Positions 17,861 through 28,049 of a stretch of 44,385 nucleotides of DNA are shown piece by piece. A program made the translations under genes and the position numbers. The number at the start of each line of letters is the position of its first letter. Position 1 is the stretch's first letter. Source of the DNA: Escherichia phage K1-5; sequence record NC_008152.1. One strand, written 5' to 3'. Below the pieces are notes generated by a model. It searched no databases and was not told the DNA's origin. It saw nothing but the letters and a program-made list of their open reading frames with translations.

Positions 17861-18364
17861 ATGTCACACTATGAATGTAAGAAGTGTCATAAGCGTTATG
17901 ATTACTGTACTTGTGGTCAAGAGAAAACATCTTTTAAAGTTGGAGACAAGGTATTTCGTAATGAAAAAGATTCGATTCCTTGGAATCAATACTGCAAAGA
18001 AGCTGGTATTGACCCTGATAGCCCTGTAACCATAGATGATATTGATGGCATTAACTTGTGCTTTCGTGAGGTGAGGGGTACAGGTTGGGATTCCAAAAAA
18101 TTCAAACTTGCATCTGATAAGTTAGACAACAATATGGTAATTAAGCCTAAGCACTACGAGTTCTTTGATGGCGTAGAGGCAATCACTATCATTGCCCGCA
18201 GTATGACCGAGAAGCAATTCGCTGGCTATTGCATGGGTAATGCTTTGAAGTACCGTCTACGTGCAGGTAAGAAGTTCAACACTGAAGAAGACCTGAAGAA
18301 AGCAGATTACTACAAAGAGTTATTCCAGAAGCATCGTCACGAATGTATTGATGAGGATATTTGA
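17861..18364 (+). CDS. Hypothetical protein (167 aa) with Cys-rich N-terminus
   Basis: Track ORF 17843; ATG 17861 after GGAGGA RBS; CKKCHKRYDYCTC. Confidence 0.55.
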   Translation: MSHYECKKCHKRYDYCTCGQEKTSFKVGDKVFRNEKDSIPWNQYCKEAGIDPDSPVTIDDIDGINLCFREVRGTGWDSKKFKLASDKLDNNMVIKPKHYEFFDGVEAITIIARSMTEKQFAGYCMGNALKYRLRAGKKFNTEEDLKKADYYKELFQKHRHECIDEDI

Positions 18365-18365
18365 T

Positions 18366-19313
18366 ATGAATATCTTTGAGTTCCTAGGTCTTCCAGAAGA
18401 CCACCGCAATCACCCATTCATGCTGGTGAAGCATCGCGGTGAAGTTCCTGAGAAGAAATTAACTTTTCCATGTTATGCACAGGTGAAACGAGATGGTATC
18501 TTTTCTGCTGTTGTTGTTCGCACTGATGGTGTCGTTGGCATTTTTGGTCGCACTGGTAAGAAATTGGCAAACACTGAAGGACTCGAACAAGCCTTTGCTA
18601 CCTTTCCGGTTGGCATTTATCTTGGTGAGCTTCAGTCTATGGCCATTGATATCTACCTTGAGGCAATCTCTGGGGTTGTGAACCCCAATCGCACTGAGCC
18701 ACTTGATTTCATAGGCCAGCAGATTAAAGACAACCTGTATATCGACTTCTTCGATATGTTAACTATTAAGGCATTCCATGATGGATTCACTGATGTTTCT
18801 TATCTCAAACGTTACGATGCTTTACATCGTCGTATCGGCGCTCATCTTAGCGGGTGCAACGCTATCCTTCCTATCACTCCTTGCCATAATGAGCGAGAAG
18901 TTGAAGCGTTTGCGCAAGAGCAAATAGATGCAGGACGTGAGGGTGCTGTATTCAAACTGGACTGCGATTATGAAGCAGGACACAAAGGTTATCGTCAGAC
19001 TAAAGAAGTCCGTAAGGTAACCTATGACCTTACTTGTATTGGCTTTGAAGAAGGTAAAGGCAAATACAAAGGTAAGGTAGCTAACCTCATTTTCAAATGG
19101 AAAGGAGGCAAGACAATCAAAGCTATGTTAGGTAAGGGGTGGACTCATGCAGATGCAGAGCAGATGTTCCACGACATTAAACATGGTGGACGATTGAATG
19201 TCATTGGTAAAATCTTTGAAGTCAAAGGTCTTCAGGATTCAAGCAAGGGCAACATTCGTCTGCCCAAAGCGGGAGAATTAAGACATGACAAAGATGAACC
19301 AGATTTCTTTTGA
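18366..19313 (+). CDS. ATP-dependent DNA ligase
   Basis: Track ORF 18348 (TTG); ATG 18366 after GAGGA; adenylation motif KRDG (KxDG), EGAVFK, Lys-rich C-terminal motif. Confidence 0.8.
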   Translation: MNIFEFLGLPEDHRNHPFMLVKHRGEVPEKKLTFPCYAQVKRDGIFSAVVVRTDGVVGIFGRTGKKLANTEGLEQAFATFPVGIYLGELQSMAIDIYLEAISGVVNPNRTEPLDFIGQQIKDNLYIDFFDMLTIKAFHDGFTDVSYLKRYDALHRRIGAHLSGCNAILPITPCHNEREVEAFAQEQIDAGREGAVFKLDCDYEAGHKGYRQTKEVRKVTYDLTCIGFEEGKGKYKGKVANLIFKWKGGKTIKAMLGKGWTHADAEQMFHDIKHGGRLNVIGKIFEVKGLQDSSKGNIRLPKAGELRHDKDEPDFF

Positions 19314-19500
19314 TAGCATGAAGGCAACTCGTGCAGTTGAGGTAGCAGAAGCTATCTTCGAAACTTTATCCTGTGGCATGGAAGTGCCATATACTTTACT
19401 TGCTGATGCAGAAGAACTTGGTCTTTCTGTAGAAGCTATCCAAGAGAAGGTTGACGAATTATATGGTACAGACGAAGAAGAAACCGACGATTTCATTTGA
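19285..19500 (+). CDS. Small acidic protein (71 aa)
   Basis: GGGAG RBS; ends ...EEETDDFI; overlaps ligase 3' end. Confidence 0.45.
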   Translation: MTKMNQISFDSMKATRAVEVAEAIFETLSCGMEVPYTLLADAEELGLSVEAIQEKVDELYGTDEEETDDFI

Positions 19501-19510
19501 AGGAATGGAG

Positions 19511-19633
19511 ATGCTTGAGATGATTCTCAAGCCTTCTTCTCCTAAGGTGACTAAGACTCATGAAGAGTTAATCGTTGATGAAGTTAAGCGTTACATCATG
19601 GATTGTGTCAGAGCACAACTGGTGGTCCAATGA
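19511..19633 (+). CDS. Small protein (40 aa; track ORF from 19451)
   Basis: GAAGGA RBS 6 nt upstream of ATG 19511. Confidence 0.3.
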   Translation: MLEMILKPSSPKVTKTHEELIVDEVKRYIMDCVRAQLVVQ

Positions 19634-20157
19634 TACGTCCAGCCTCCTTCCTAGATATTCCTGAGATTATAAACCTTGGGAATAAATATGTGGAAGAGGA
19701 AGTCAAGGTTGTAGCCCACCACTCAGCCTCATGGAATGCAGAACAAAGTGCCATAACCTTTGTGCATCTCTTAATAGAGACCCACCACTCAGCCTCATGG
19801 AATGCAGAACAAAGTGCACATAACCTTTGTGCATCTCTTAGTAGAGAAGATTTATCCCTATGGGTTGCTGTAGATGAAGGGCAGATTGTAGGGTTCCTGT
19901 GGGCTGGCTATCACGAGTTGGCCCCTTGGACACCTGTAAGAGTTGCCTCTGACATTCTCTTTTATATTATACCAGAGAGGCGAGGAACACTACTTGGTAT
20001 GCGTCTCATCAAAGCCCTAAAGCAATGGGCTAGTGATAATGAATGCTCTGAGGTTCGCCTGTCTATCGCCTCTGGTATTAATGAAGAACGTGTCGGACGT
20101 ATGTATAAGCGACTTGGCTTTGAACCGTTTGGCACTGTGTATAACCTGAAGTTCTAA
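19630..20157 (+). CDS. GNAT-family N-acetyltransferase-like protein with an internal 22-aa tandem duplication
   Basis: Track ORF 19603; C-terminal IIPERRGTLLGMRLIKAL...SGINEERVGRMYKRLGFEP fits the GNAT motif A/B pattern; duplicated HHSASWNAEQSA block. Confidence 0.55.
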   Translation: MIRPASFLDIPEIINLGNKYVEEEVKVVAHHSASWNAEQSAITFVHLLIETHHSASWNAEQSAHNLCASLSREDLSLWVAVDEGQIVGFLWAGYHELAPWTPVRVASDILFYIIPERRGTLLGMRLIKALKQWASDNECSEVRLSIASGINEERVGRMYKRLGFEPFGTVYNLKF

Positions 20158-20166
20158 GGAGATAAC

Positions 20167-20373
20167 ATGGGTGTTGTAAAGAAAGCATTTAAGGCTATCG
20201 GTCTTGCTCAAGATGCACCACGTATTGAAGCCAAAGTCCCAGCACAGCAGCTTGAGCGTAAGCCTGAGACTGAAGCTGAAGATATTCAAATTGGTGCAGG
20301 GGATGATGCTACTGCATCTGCAAAAGGTAAGCGTGGCCTTGTCCGTCCGGTAGCTTCTAGCTTGAAGGTGTAA
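20167..20373 (+). CDS. Small protein (68 aa) upstream of portal
   Basis: TAAGGAGA RBS; sits where T7 has the small virion proteins gp6.7/7.3. Confidence 0.45.
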   Translation: MGVVKKAFKAIGLAQDAPRIEAKVPAQQLERKPETEAEDIQIGAGDDATASAKGKRGLVRPVASSLKV

Positions 20374-20374
20374 T

Positions 20375-21925
20375 ATGAAACAGAGCATAGATTTGGAGTA
20401 TGGAGGTAAGCGGTCTAAGATACCTAAGCTATGGGAGAAGTTCTCCAATAAACGTAGCTCTTTCCTTGATAGGGCGAAGCATTACTCCAAATTAACCTTG
20501 CCCTATCTGATGAATGACAAAGGTGATAACGAGACTTCGCAGAATGGATGGCAAGGTGTAGGTGCTCAGGCAACCAACCATCTAGCCAACAAGCTAGCGC
20601 AAGTACTATTCCCTGCACAGCGTTCCTTCTTCCGTGTAGACTTAACTGCACAAGGTGAGAAGGTTCTTAATCAGCGTGGCCTGAAGAAGACAGAGCTAGC
20701 TACCATCTTCGCTCAAGTGGAAACACGGGCAATGAAAGAGTTAGAGCAACGTCAATTCCGGCCTGCTGTAGTAGAAGCATTTAAGCATCTTATTGTTGCT
20801 GGCAGCTGTATGCTATACAAGCCGAGCAAAGGTGCAATCAGTGCTATCCCAATGCATCACTACGTAGTTAACCGTGATACCAATGGCGACCTGTTAGACA
20901 TTATCTTGCTACAAGAGAAAGCCTTACGTACCTTTGACCCAGCTACACGTGCGGTAGTAGAGGTTGGCCTGAAAGGTAAGAAGTGCAAGGAAGATGACAG
21001 CGTTAAGCTGTACACACATGCTAAGTATCTTGGTGATGGATTTTGGGAACTCAAGCAATCTGCTGATGATATCCCTGTGGGTAAGGTGAGTAAAATCAAA
21101 TCAGAAAAGCTACCTTTCATCCCATTAACTTGGAAGCGAAGCTATGGTGAGGATTGGGGTCGACCTCTTGCAGAGGATTACTCCGGTGATTTATTCGTTA
21201 TCCAATTCTTATCTGAAGCGGTTGCCCGTGGTGCTGCGCTGATGGCAGATATCAAGTACCTGATTCGTCCTGGTGCTCAAACTGATGTTGACCACTTTGT
21301 TAACTCTGGCACTGGTGAGGTTGTCACTGGTGTAGAAGAAGACATCCATATTGTACAGTTAGGTAAGTACGCAGACCTCACACCTATTAGCGCGGTTCTA
21401 GAGGTATACACTCGCCGTATCGGTGTTGTCTTCATGATGGAGACAATGACACGCCGTGACGCCGAACGTGTTACTGCTGTAGAAATCCAGCGAGATGCGT
21501 TAGAGATTGAGCAGAACATGGGTGGTGTATACTCCCTCTTTGCTACTACTATGCAATCGCCAGTAGCGATGTGGGGTCTGCTGGAGGCAGGGGAGTCCTT
21601 CACTAGTGACTTAGTGGACCCTGTGATTATCACAGGTATTGAAGCTTTAGGACGCATGGCTGAGTTGGATAAACTGGCTAACTTTGCTCAGTATATGTCA
21701 CTGCCATTACAATGGCCTGAGCCTGTCCTAGCTGCTGTGAAATGGCCTGACTATATGGATTGGGTGCGTGGTCAAATCTCTGCTGAACTGCCGTTCCTTA
21801 AATCGGCTGAAGAGATGGCACAAGAACAGGAAGCACAGATGCAAGCACAGCAAGCACAGATGCTTGAAGAAGGTGTGGCTAAGGCCGTGCCGGGTGTAAT
21901 TCAACAAGAACTTAAGGAGGCGTAA
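20375..21925 (+). CDS. Portal (head-tail connector) protein, T7 gp8-like
   Basis: 516 aa; directly upstream of scaffold and capsid genes; size and synteny only. Confidence 0.8.
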   Translation: MKQSIDLEYGGKRSKIPKLWEKFSNKRSSFLDRAKHYSKLTLPYLMNDKGDNETSQNGWQGVGAQATNHLANKLAQVLFPAQRSFFRVDLTAQGEKVLNQRGLKKTELATIFAQVETRAMKELEQRQFRPAVVEAFKHLIVAGSCMLYKPSKGAISAIPMHHYVVNRDTNGDLLDIILLQEKALRTFDPATRAVVEVGLKGKKCKEDDSVKLYTHAKYLGDGFWELKQSADDIPVGKVSKIKSEKLPFIPLTWKRSYGEDWGRPLAEDYSGDLFVIQFLSEAVARGAALMADIKYLIRPGAQTDVDHFVNSGTGEVVTGVEEDIHIVQLGKYADLTPISAVLEVYTRRIGVVFMMETMTRRDAERVTAVEIQRDALEIEQNMGGVYSLFATTMQSPVAMWGLLEAGESFTSDLVDPVIITGIEALGRMAELDKLANFAQYMSLPLQWPEPVLAAVKWPDYMDWVRGQISAELPFLKSAEEMAQEQEAQMQAQQAQMLEEGVAKAVPGVIQQELKEA

Positions 21926-22845
21926 TGTCTTTCTCATTTACTGAACCGTCAACCACTCACCCTACTGCTGAAGAGGGTCCGGTAGAAACCAAGGAGGTAA
22001 CAACTGATGCTGCTACTACTGATGCTCCTGCTGACGCTGGCACTTCTGTACAAGATGACAATGCTGGTGCACAACCTACTGAAGACACCGGAGGAGAAGC
22101 TTCTGGACAGCCTTCAGAAAAAGGAGACAATGGCGGAGAGAATGGTGAACCTAAGCCAGATGATACCGCGACCGACACTGAGGAAGTGCAATACTTCTTC
22201 GGAGAACATGAAGTAACAGTAGACATCCCACAGGATGTAACTGACAGCCTTAAAGAGAAAGGCATTGATGCCAAGCAGGTTGCCAAGGAACTCTATTCCA
22301 AAGGTGGCAAGTTTGAACTGTCAGATGCAACCAAGCAGAAATTGTATGATGCTTTTGGCAAGTTTGCGGTAGATGCTTACCTATCAGGTCTAAAGGCTCA
22401 AAATGAAGCCTTCTTCCTGAAAGAAGCCAACGCAGCTAAAGAGTTGGAAGCAGCTAACACCCAACGCTTCTCTGATGTTTCTAAGGAAATTGGTGGCGAA
22501 GAAGGTTGGTCCCGTCTTGAGGAGTGGGCACTTGAAGCGCTGTCTGATGACGAACTAATGGCATTCAATGCGGTGATGGAATCTGGCAACCAGTACCTGC
22601 AACAATATGCTGTTCGTGAACTGGAGGGTCGTCGTAAGCAGGCACAGGGGGATGATAAGCCATCCCTGATTGAGCCATCAGCACCTGCTAAGGCTAATGA
22701 AGAGAATGGCCCACTGACGCGAGATCAGTACGTTCAAGCAATCGCAACTCTTAGCCAGAAGTACGGCAATGACCGTAAAGCTATGGCAGAAGCTCAGGCT
22801 AAACTGGACGCCCGTCGCCGTGCTGGCATGGCTCGCGGTATCTAA
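21925..22845 (+). CDS. Capsid assembly scaffolding protein, T7 gp9-like
   Basis: 306 aa, acidic, coiled-coil-rich; between portal and capsid; ATG overlaps portal stop. Confidence 0.75.
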   Translation: MSFSFTEPSTTHPTAEEGPVETKEVTTDAATTDAPADAGTSVQDDNAGAQPTEDTGGEASGQPSEKGDNGGENGEPKPDDTATDTEEVQYFFGEHEVTVDIPQDVTDSLKEKGIDAKQVAKELYSKGGKFELSDATKQKLYDAFGKFAVDAYLSGLKAQNEAFFLKEANAAKELEAANTQRFSDVSKEIGGEEGWSRLEEWALEALSDDELMAFNAVMESGNQYLQQYAVRELEGRRKQAQGDDKPSLIEPSAPAKANEENGPLTRDQYVQAIATLSQKYGNDRKAMAEAQAKLDARRRAGMARGI

Positions 22846-22851
22846 TTCAGT

Positions 22852-22872
22852 ATTTACTGGACACTATAGAAG
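22852..22872 (+). promoter_or_regulatory. Phage RNAP promoter (perfect consensus) upstream of major capsid gene
   Basis: atttactggacactatagaag followed by gggag. Confidence 0.85.
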
Positions 22873-22924
22873 GGAGAAAAGTTCTCCCTAGTTATCAATT
22901 TGATTTATAAGGAGATTATAATAC

Positions 22925-24133
22925 ATGTCTACACCGAATACTCTGACTAACGTTGCTGTATCTGCGTCCGGTGAGGTTGACAGCCTTCTCATTGAGAAGT
23001 TTAATGGTAAGGTCAATGAGCAGTACCTGAAAGGTGAGAACATTCTGTCCTACTTTGATGTACAAACTGTTACTGGCACTAACACAGTGAGCAACAAATA
23101 TTTGGGCGAAACTGAGTTGCAGGTGCTAGCACCGGGTCAGTCCCCTAATGCCACCCCTACTCAGGCGGATAAAAACCAGTTGGTAATTGATACCACTGTC
23201 ATTGCTCGTAACACTGTGGCTCACATCCACGATGTACAAGGTGACATCGATAGCCTGAAACCAAAACTGGCTATGAACCAAGCCAAGCAACTGAAACGTC
23301 TGGAAGACCAGATGGCAATTCAGCAGATGCTGTTAGGCGGTATTGCTAACACCAAGGCCGAACGTAACAAGCCGCGTGTTAAAGGGCATGGCTTCTCTAT
23401 CAACGTTAACGTAACTGAGAGTGAAGCACTGGCTAACCCTCAGTATGTTATGGCTGCGGTAGAGTATGCTCTGGAGCAACAGCTTGAGCAGGAAGTGGAC
23501 ATCTCTGATGTAGCTATCATGATGCCGTGGAAGTTCTTCAATGCTTTGCGTGATGCAGACCGAATTGTAGATAAGACTTACACTATCAGCCAGTCTGGTG
23601 CAACCATTAATGGCTTCGTTCTCTCTTCTTATAACTGCCCTGTGATCCCGTCTAACCGATTCCCTACCTTCGCTCAGGATCAGGCTCACCACCTGTTGTC
23701 TAATGAAGATAACGGCTATCGTTATGACCCTATCGCAGAGATGAATGGTGCAGTTGCTGTTCTGTTCACTTCCGACGCACTGCTGGTGGGTCGTACCATT
23801 GAAGTGACTGGTGACATCTTCTATGAGAAGAAAGAGAAGACTTATTACATTGACACCTTCATGGCTGAGGGTGCAATCCCTGACCGTTGGGAAGCAGTGT
23901 CTGTAGTTACCACTAAACGTGATGCAACTACTGGTGATGCTGGAGGTCCTGGTGATGATCACGCAACCGTACTGGCTCGTGCACAGCGTAAGGCTGTATA
24001 TGTCAAAACCGAAGGTGCTGCGGCTGCATTCTCTGCTGCCCCAGCAGGTATCCAAGCGGAAGACCTTGTAGCGGCGGTACGTGCTGTAATGGCAAATGAC
24101 ATTAAGCCGACTGCAATGAAACCTACTGAGTAA
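22925..24133 (+). CDS. Major capsid protein
   Basis: 402 aa; perfect consensus phage promoter and strong RBS (AAGGAGA) upstream, strong terminator downstream. Confidence 0.9.
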   Translation: MSTPNTLTNVAVSASGEVDSLLIEKFNGKVNEQYLKGENILSYFDVQTVTGTNTVSNKYLGETELQVLAPGQSPNATPTQADKNQLVIDTTVIARNTVAHIHDVQGDIDSLKPKLAMNQAKQLKRLEDQMAIQQMLLGGIANTKAERNKPRVKGHGFSINVNVTESEALANPQYVMAAVEYALEQQLEQEVDISDVAIMMPWKFFNALRDADRIVDKTYTISQSGATINGFVLSSYNCPVIPSNRFPTFAQDQAHHLLSNEDNGYRYDPIAEMNGAVAVLFTSDALLVGRTIEVTGDIFYEKKEKTYYIDTFMAEGAIPDRWEAVSVVTTKRDATTGDAGGPGDDHATVLARAQRKAVYVKTEGAAAAFSAAPAGIQAEDLVAAVRAVMANDIKPTAMKPTE

Positions 24134-24141
24134 CACCTATG

Positions 24142-24176
24142 CCCTATCTACCTTGCGTAGGTAGGGTTCTTTTTGT
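24142..24176 (+). terminator. Hairpin plus T-run terminator after capsid gene
   Basis: ccctatctac-cttgc-gtaggtaggg then ttctttttgtt. Confidence 0.7.
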
Positions 24177-24187
24177 TAGGAGGATTC

Positions 24188-24925
24188 ATGCCTGTAATTA
24201 GACAAACCAGTAAATTAGGACATATGATGGAAGATGTGGCCTTCCAGATTATTGATAGTAAGCTGGAAGCGGTAAACTTGTGTATGCGAGCTATTGGTCG
24301 TGAGGGTGTGGATTCCCTCGACTCAGGGGACTTGGACGCAGAAGATGCAAGCAAAATGATCGACATCGTATCCCAGCGGTTCCAGTACAACAAAGGAGGT
24401 GGCTGGTGGTTCAATCGTGAACCAAACTGGCAACTTGCACCAGACACTAACGGTGAAGTTAATTTACCTAACAACTGCCTAGCAGTATTGCAGTGTTATG
24501 CTTTAGGTGAAAAGAAAGTACCTATGACTATGCGAGCAGGTAAGCTCTACTCTACTTGGAGTCACACCTTTGATATGCGTAAGCATGTTAATGCTAATGG
24601 TATGATTCGTCTTACCTTACTCACCTTACTACCCTACGAGCATCTACCTACAAGTGTAATGCAGGCTATTGCCTATCAAGCTGCTGTAGAGTTTATTGTG
24701 TCTAAGGATGCAGATCAGACTAAGCTAGCCACTGCGCAGCAGATAGCCACTCAGCTTCTTATGGATGTACAATCTGAGCAAATGTCACAGAAGCGATTAA
24801 ACATGCTGGTACATAACCCTACTCAGCGTCAGTTTGGTATCATGGCTGGTGGCTCTCAGAATGTACCTGCTTACTCTCATTCACCTTATGAGAGTTGGGC
24901 GCTCCGTCCGTGGGAGGATCGTTAA
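24188..24925 (+). CDS. Tail tubular protein A (gp11-like)
   Basis: Track ORF 24173; ATG 24188 after AGGAGG; synteny after capsid. Confidence 0.75.
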   Translation: MPVIRQTSKLGHMMEDVAFQIIDSKLEAVNLCMRAIGREGVDSLDSGDLDAEDASKMIDIVSQRFQYNKGGGWWFNREPNWQLAPDTNGEVNLPNNCLAVLQCYALGEKKVPMTMRAGKLYSTWSHTFDMRKHVNANGMIRLTLLTLLPYEHLPTSVMQAIAYQAAVEFIVSKDADQTKLATAQQIATQLLMDVQSEQMSQKRLNMLVHNPTQRQFGIMAGGSQNVPAYSHSPYESWALRPWEDR

Positions 24926-27327
24926 TGGAAGTACAAGGTTCATTAGGTAGACAAATCCAAGGGATTAGCCAGCAGCCGCCAGCGGTACGCTTGGATGGTC
25001 AGTGCACAGCTATGGTTAATATGATACCTGATGTAGTGAATGGTACTCAATCACGCATGGGTACAACTCATATTGCAAAGATACTTGATGCGGGGACTGA
25101 TGACATGGCTACTCATCATTATCGCAGAGGTGATGGTGATGAAGAGTATTTCTTCACGTTGAAGAAAGGACAAGTTCCTGAGATATTTGATAAGTATGGG
25201 CGCAAATGTAATGTGACTTCACAAGATGCACCTATGACCTACCTCTCTGAGGTTGTTAATCCAAGGGAAGATGTGCAATTCATGACGATAGCTGATGTTA
25301 CTTTCATGCTTAATCGTAGGAAAGTAGTTAAAGCTAGTAGCAGGAAGTCACCTAAAGTTGGAAACAAAGCCATTGTGTTTTGTGCGTATGGTCAATATGG
25401 TACATCTTATTCCATTGTAATTAATGGGGCCAACGCTGCTAGTTTTAAAACACCGGATGGTGGAAGTGCAGACCATGTTGAACAAATTCGAACTGAACGT
25501 ATCACTTCTGAATTGTACTCTAAGTTGCAGCAATGGAGCGGTGTGAGTGACTATGAAATACAAAGAGACGGTACTAGTATATTTATCGAGAGACGGGATG
25601 GTGCTAGCTTTACAATAACAACCACCGATGGTGCAAAAGGTAAGGACTTAGTGGCTATCAAGAATAAAGTTAGCTCTACTGACCTACTCCCTTCTCGTGC
25701 GCCTGCTGGTTATAAAGTACAAGTGTGGCCTACTGGCAGCAAACCTGAGTCTCGTTACTGGCTGCAAGCTGAGCCTAAAGAGGGAAACCTTGTGTCTTGG
25801 AAAGAAACAATAGCTGCTGATGTATTACTTGGGTTTGATAAAGGCACAATGCCTTACATTATTGAACGTACAGATATCATCAACGGCATAGCTCAATTCA
25901 AGATAAGACAAGGTGATTGGGAAGATCGTAAAGTAGGGGATGACTTGACTAACCCTATGCCCTCTTTTATTGATGAGGAAGTACCCCAGACAATAGGTGG
26001 AATGTTCATGGTGCAGAACCGCCTATGCTTTACAGCAGGTGAAGCGGTTATTGCTTCTCGTACATCATACTTCTTCGATTTCTTTCGTTATACGGTTATC
26101 TCTGCATTGGCAACTGACCCCTTTGATATTTTCTCAGATGCTAGTGAAGTCTACCAGCTAAAACATGCAGTGACCTTAGATGGCGCTACCGTGTTGTTCT
26201 CTGATAAGTCACAATTCATACTGCCAGGCGATAAGCCTTTAGAGAAGTCAAATGCACTGCTTAAGCCTGTTACAACATTTGAAGTGAACAATAAAGTGAA
26301 GCCAGTAGTAACTGGTGAATCGGTAATGTTTGCCACTAATGATGGTTCTTACTCTGGTGTACGAGAGTTCTATACAGACTCTTATAGTGACACTAAGAAG
26401 GCACAAGCAATCACAAGTCATGTGAATAAACTCATCGAAGGTAACATTACCAACATGGCAGCAAGCACCAATGTCAACAGGTTACTTGTCACTACCGATA
26501 AGTATCGTAACATAATCTACTGCTACGATTGGTTATGGCAAGGAACAGACCGTGTACAATCAGCATGGCATGTATGGAAGTGGCCTATAGGTACAAAGGT
26601 GCGAGGTATGTTTTATTCTGGTGAATTACTTTACCTGCTCCTTGAGCGAGGAGATGGCGTGTATCTGGAGAAGATGGACATGGGTGATGCACTAACCTAC
26701 GGTTTGAATGACCGCATCAGAATGGATAGGCAAGCAGAGTTAGTCTTCAAGCATTTCAAAGCAGAAGATGAATGGGTATCTGAGCCGCTCCCTTGGGTTC
26801 CTACTAACCCAGAACTTTTAGATTGCATCTTAATCGAGGGTTGGGATTCATATATTGGCGGCTCTTTCTTATTCAAGTACAACCCTAGTGACAATACTTT
26901 GTCTACAACCTTTGATATGTATGATGACAGCCATGTAAAAGCGAAGGTTATTGTTGGTCAGATTTACCCTCAAGAGTTTGAACCTACGCCTGTGGTTATC
27001 AGAGACAATCAAGACCGTGTATCCTACATTGATGTACCAGTTGTAGGATTGGTTCACCTTAATCTTGACATGTACCCCGATTTCTCCGTAGAAGTTAAGA
27101 ATGTGAAGAGTGGTAAAGTACGTAGAGTATTAGCGTCAAACCGTATAGGTGGTGCTCTCAATAATACAGTAGGCTATGTTGAACCGAGAGAAGGTGTCTT
27201 CAGATTTCCACTGAGAGCTAAGAGCACGGATGTTGTTTATCGTATTATTGTAGAGTCACCTCACACATTCCAGCTTCGTGATATTGAGTGGGAAGGGAGC
27301 TACAATCCAACCAAAAGGAGGGTCTAA
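24925..27327 (+). CDS. Tail tubular protein B (gp12-like)
   Basis: Track ORF 24895; ATG 24925 overlaps previous stop (TAATG) after GGGAGGA; 800 aa (T7 gp12 is about 794 aa). Confidence 0.8.
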   Translation: MEVQGSLGRQIQGISQQPPAVRLDGQCTAMVNMIPDVVNGTQSRMGTTHIAKILDAGTDDMATHHYRRGDGDEEYFFTLKKGQVPEIFDKYGRKCNVTSQDAPMTYLSEVVNPREDVQFMTIADVTFMLNRRKVVKASSRKSPKVGNKAIVFCAYGQYGTSYSIVINGANAASFKTPDGGSADHVEQIRTERITSELYSKLQQWSGVSDYEIQRDGTSIFIERRDGASFTITTTDGAKGKDLVAIKNKVSSTDLLPSRAPAGYKVQVWPTGSKPESRYWLQAEPKEGNLVSWKETIAADVLLGFDKGTMPYIIERTDIINGIAQFKIRQGDWEDRKVGDDLTNPMPSFIDEEVPQTIGGMFMVQNRLCFTAGEAVIASRTSYFFDFFRYTVISALATDPFDIFSDASEVYQLKHAVTLDGATVLFSDKSQFILPGDKPLEKSNALLKPVTTFEVNNKVKPVVTGESVMFATNDGSYSGVREFYTDSYSDTKKAQAITSHVNKLIEGNITNMAASTNVNRLLVTTDKYRNIIYCYDWLWQGTDRVQSAWHVWKWPIGTKVRGMFYSGELLYLLLERGDGVYLEKMDMGDALTYGLNDRIRMDRQAELVFKHFKAEDEWVSEPLPWVPTNPELLDCILIEGWDSYIGGSFLFKYNPSDNTLSTTFDMYDDSHVKAKVIVGQIYPQEFEPTPVVIRDNQDRVSYIDVPVVGLVHLNLDMYPDFSVEVKNVKSGKVRRVLASNRIGGALNNTVGYVEPREGVFRFPLRAKSTDVVYRIIVESPHTFQLRDIEWEGSYNPTKRRV

Positions 27328-28049
27328 TGGCTATAGGTTCAGCCGTTATGGCTGGTATGTCTTCTATTGGTAGCATGTTTGCAGGCAGTGGTGCAGCAGC
27401 CGCTGCTGGAGGTGCTGCCGCAGGTGGCGGAGGTTTGCTAGGTTCACTAGGTGGATTCCTAAGTGGCTCTACTGCTGGTTTCTCTAATGCTGGCCTTCTT
27501 GGTGCTGGCCTTCAAGGGTTAGGCTTGATTGGTGATCTATTTGGTGGAAGTGATGAAGCCAAGGCGATGAAGAAAGCACAAGAAGAGCAATGGCGGCAGC
27601 AGCTTATTGCTACACAAGAGGCGTACAAGACAGTGGCAGACGCAGAACGTTCTGCTGCTAAACAATATCATGCAGATGCAATCAGTAATCAGGCTTCACT
27701 GCTACAGCAGCGAGCACAGGTTGCATTACTTGCTGGGGCTACTGGTACTGGTGGTAATTCTGTGTCCTCTATGCTTAATGACTTAGCAGCAGATGGCGGC
27801 AGGAACCAGAGTACTATCATTGATAACTATGAGAATCAGAAGATTAATTTCACCAACCAGCTTAAGTCTATCCAACGTGGTGGTCAGATGCAGATGCGTG
27901 AGTTTAAGAAGCCTTCTGCTATGAATACCTTGGTTAAAGGTATTCCAAGTCTGGCATCTGCCTATGTAACTGGTAGTAAGTCTGGCAAGGCATTGGGTAA
28001 AGCCTTAACTGATTCTCGCACATATTCATCTGGAACAAGAGGTATTTAA
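27327..28049 (+). CDS. Internal virion protein (gp14-like), Gly-rich N-terminus
   Basis: Track ORF 27288; ATG 27327 after AAGGAGGG; synteny. Confidence 0.55.
   Translation: MAIGSAVMAGMSSIGSMFAGSGAAAAAGGAAAGGGGLLGSLGGFLSGSTAGFSNAGLLGAGLQGLGLIGDLFGGSDEAKAMKKAQEEQWRQQLIATQEAYKTVADAERSAAKQYHADAISNQASLLQQRAQVALLAGATGTGGNSVSSMLNDLAADGGRNQSTIIDNYENQKINFTNQLKSIQRGGQMQMREFKKPSAMNTLVKGIPSLASAYVTGSKSGKALGKALTDSRTYSSGTRGI

Noticed and set aside
19717-19850. Possible CRISPR array or satellite repeat
   Set aside because: Only two tandem copies, no spacer-repeat alternation, and the repeat is in-frame coding sequence; no other CRISPR-like periodic arrays were seen.
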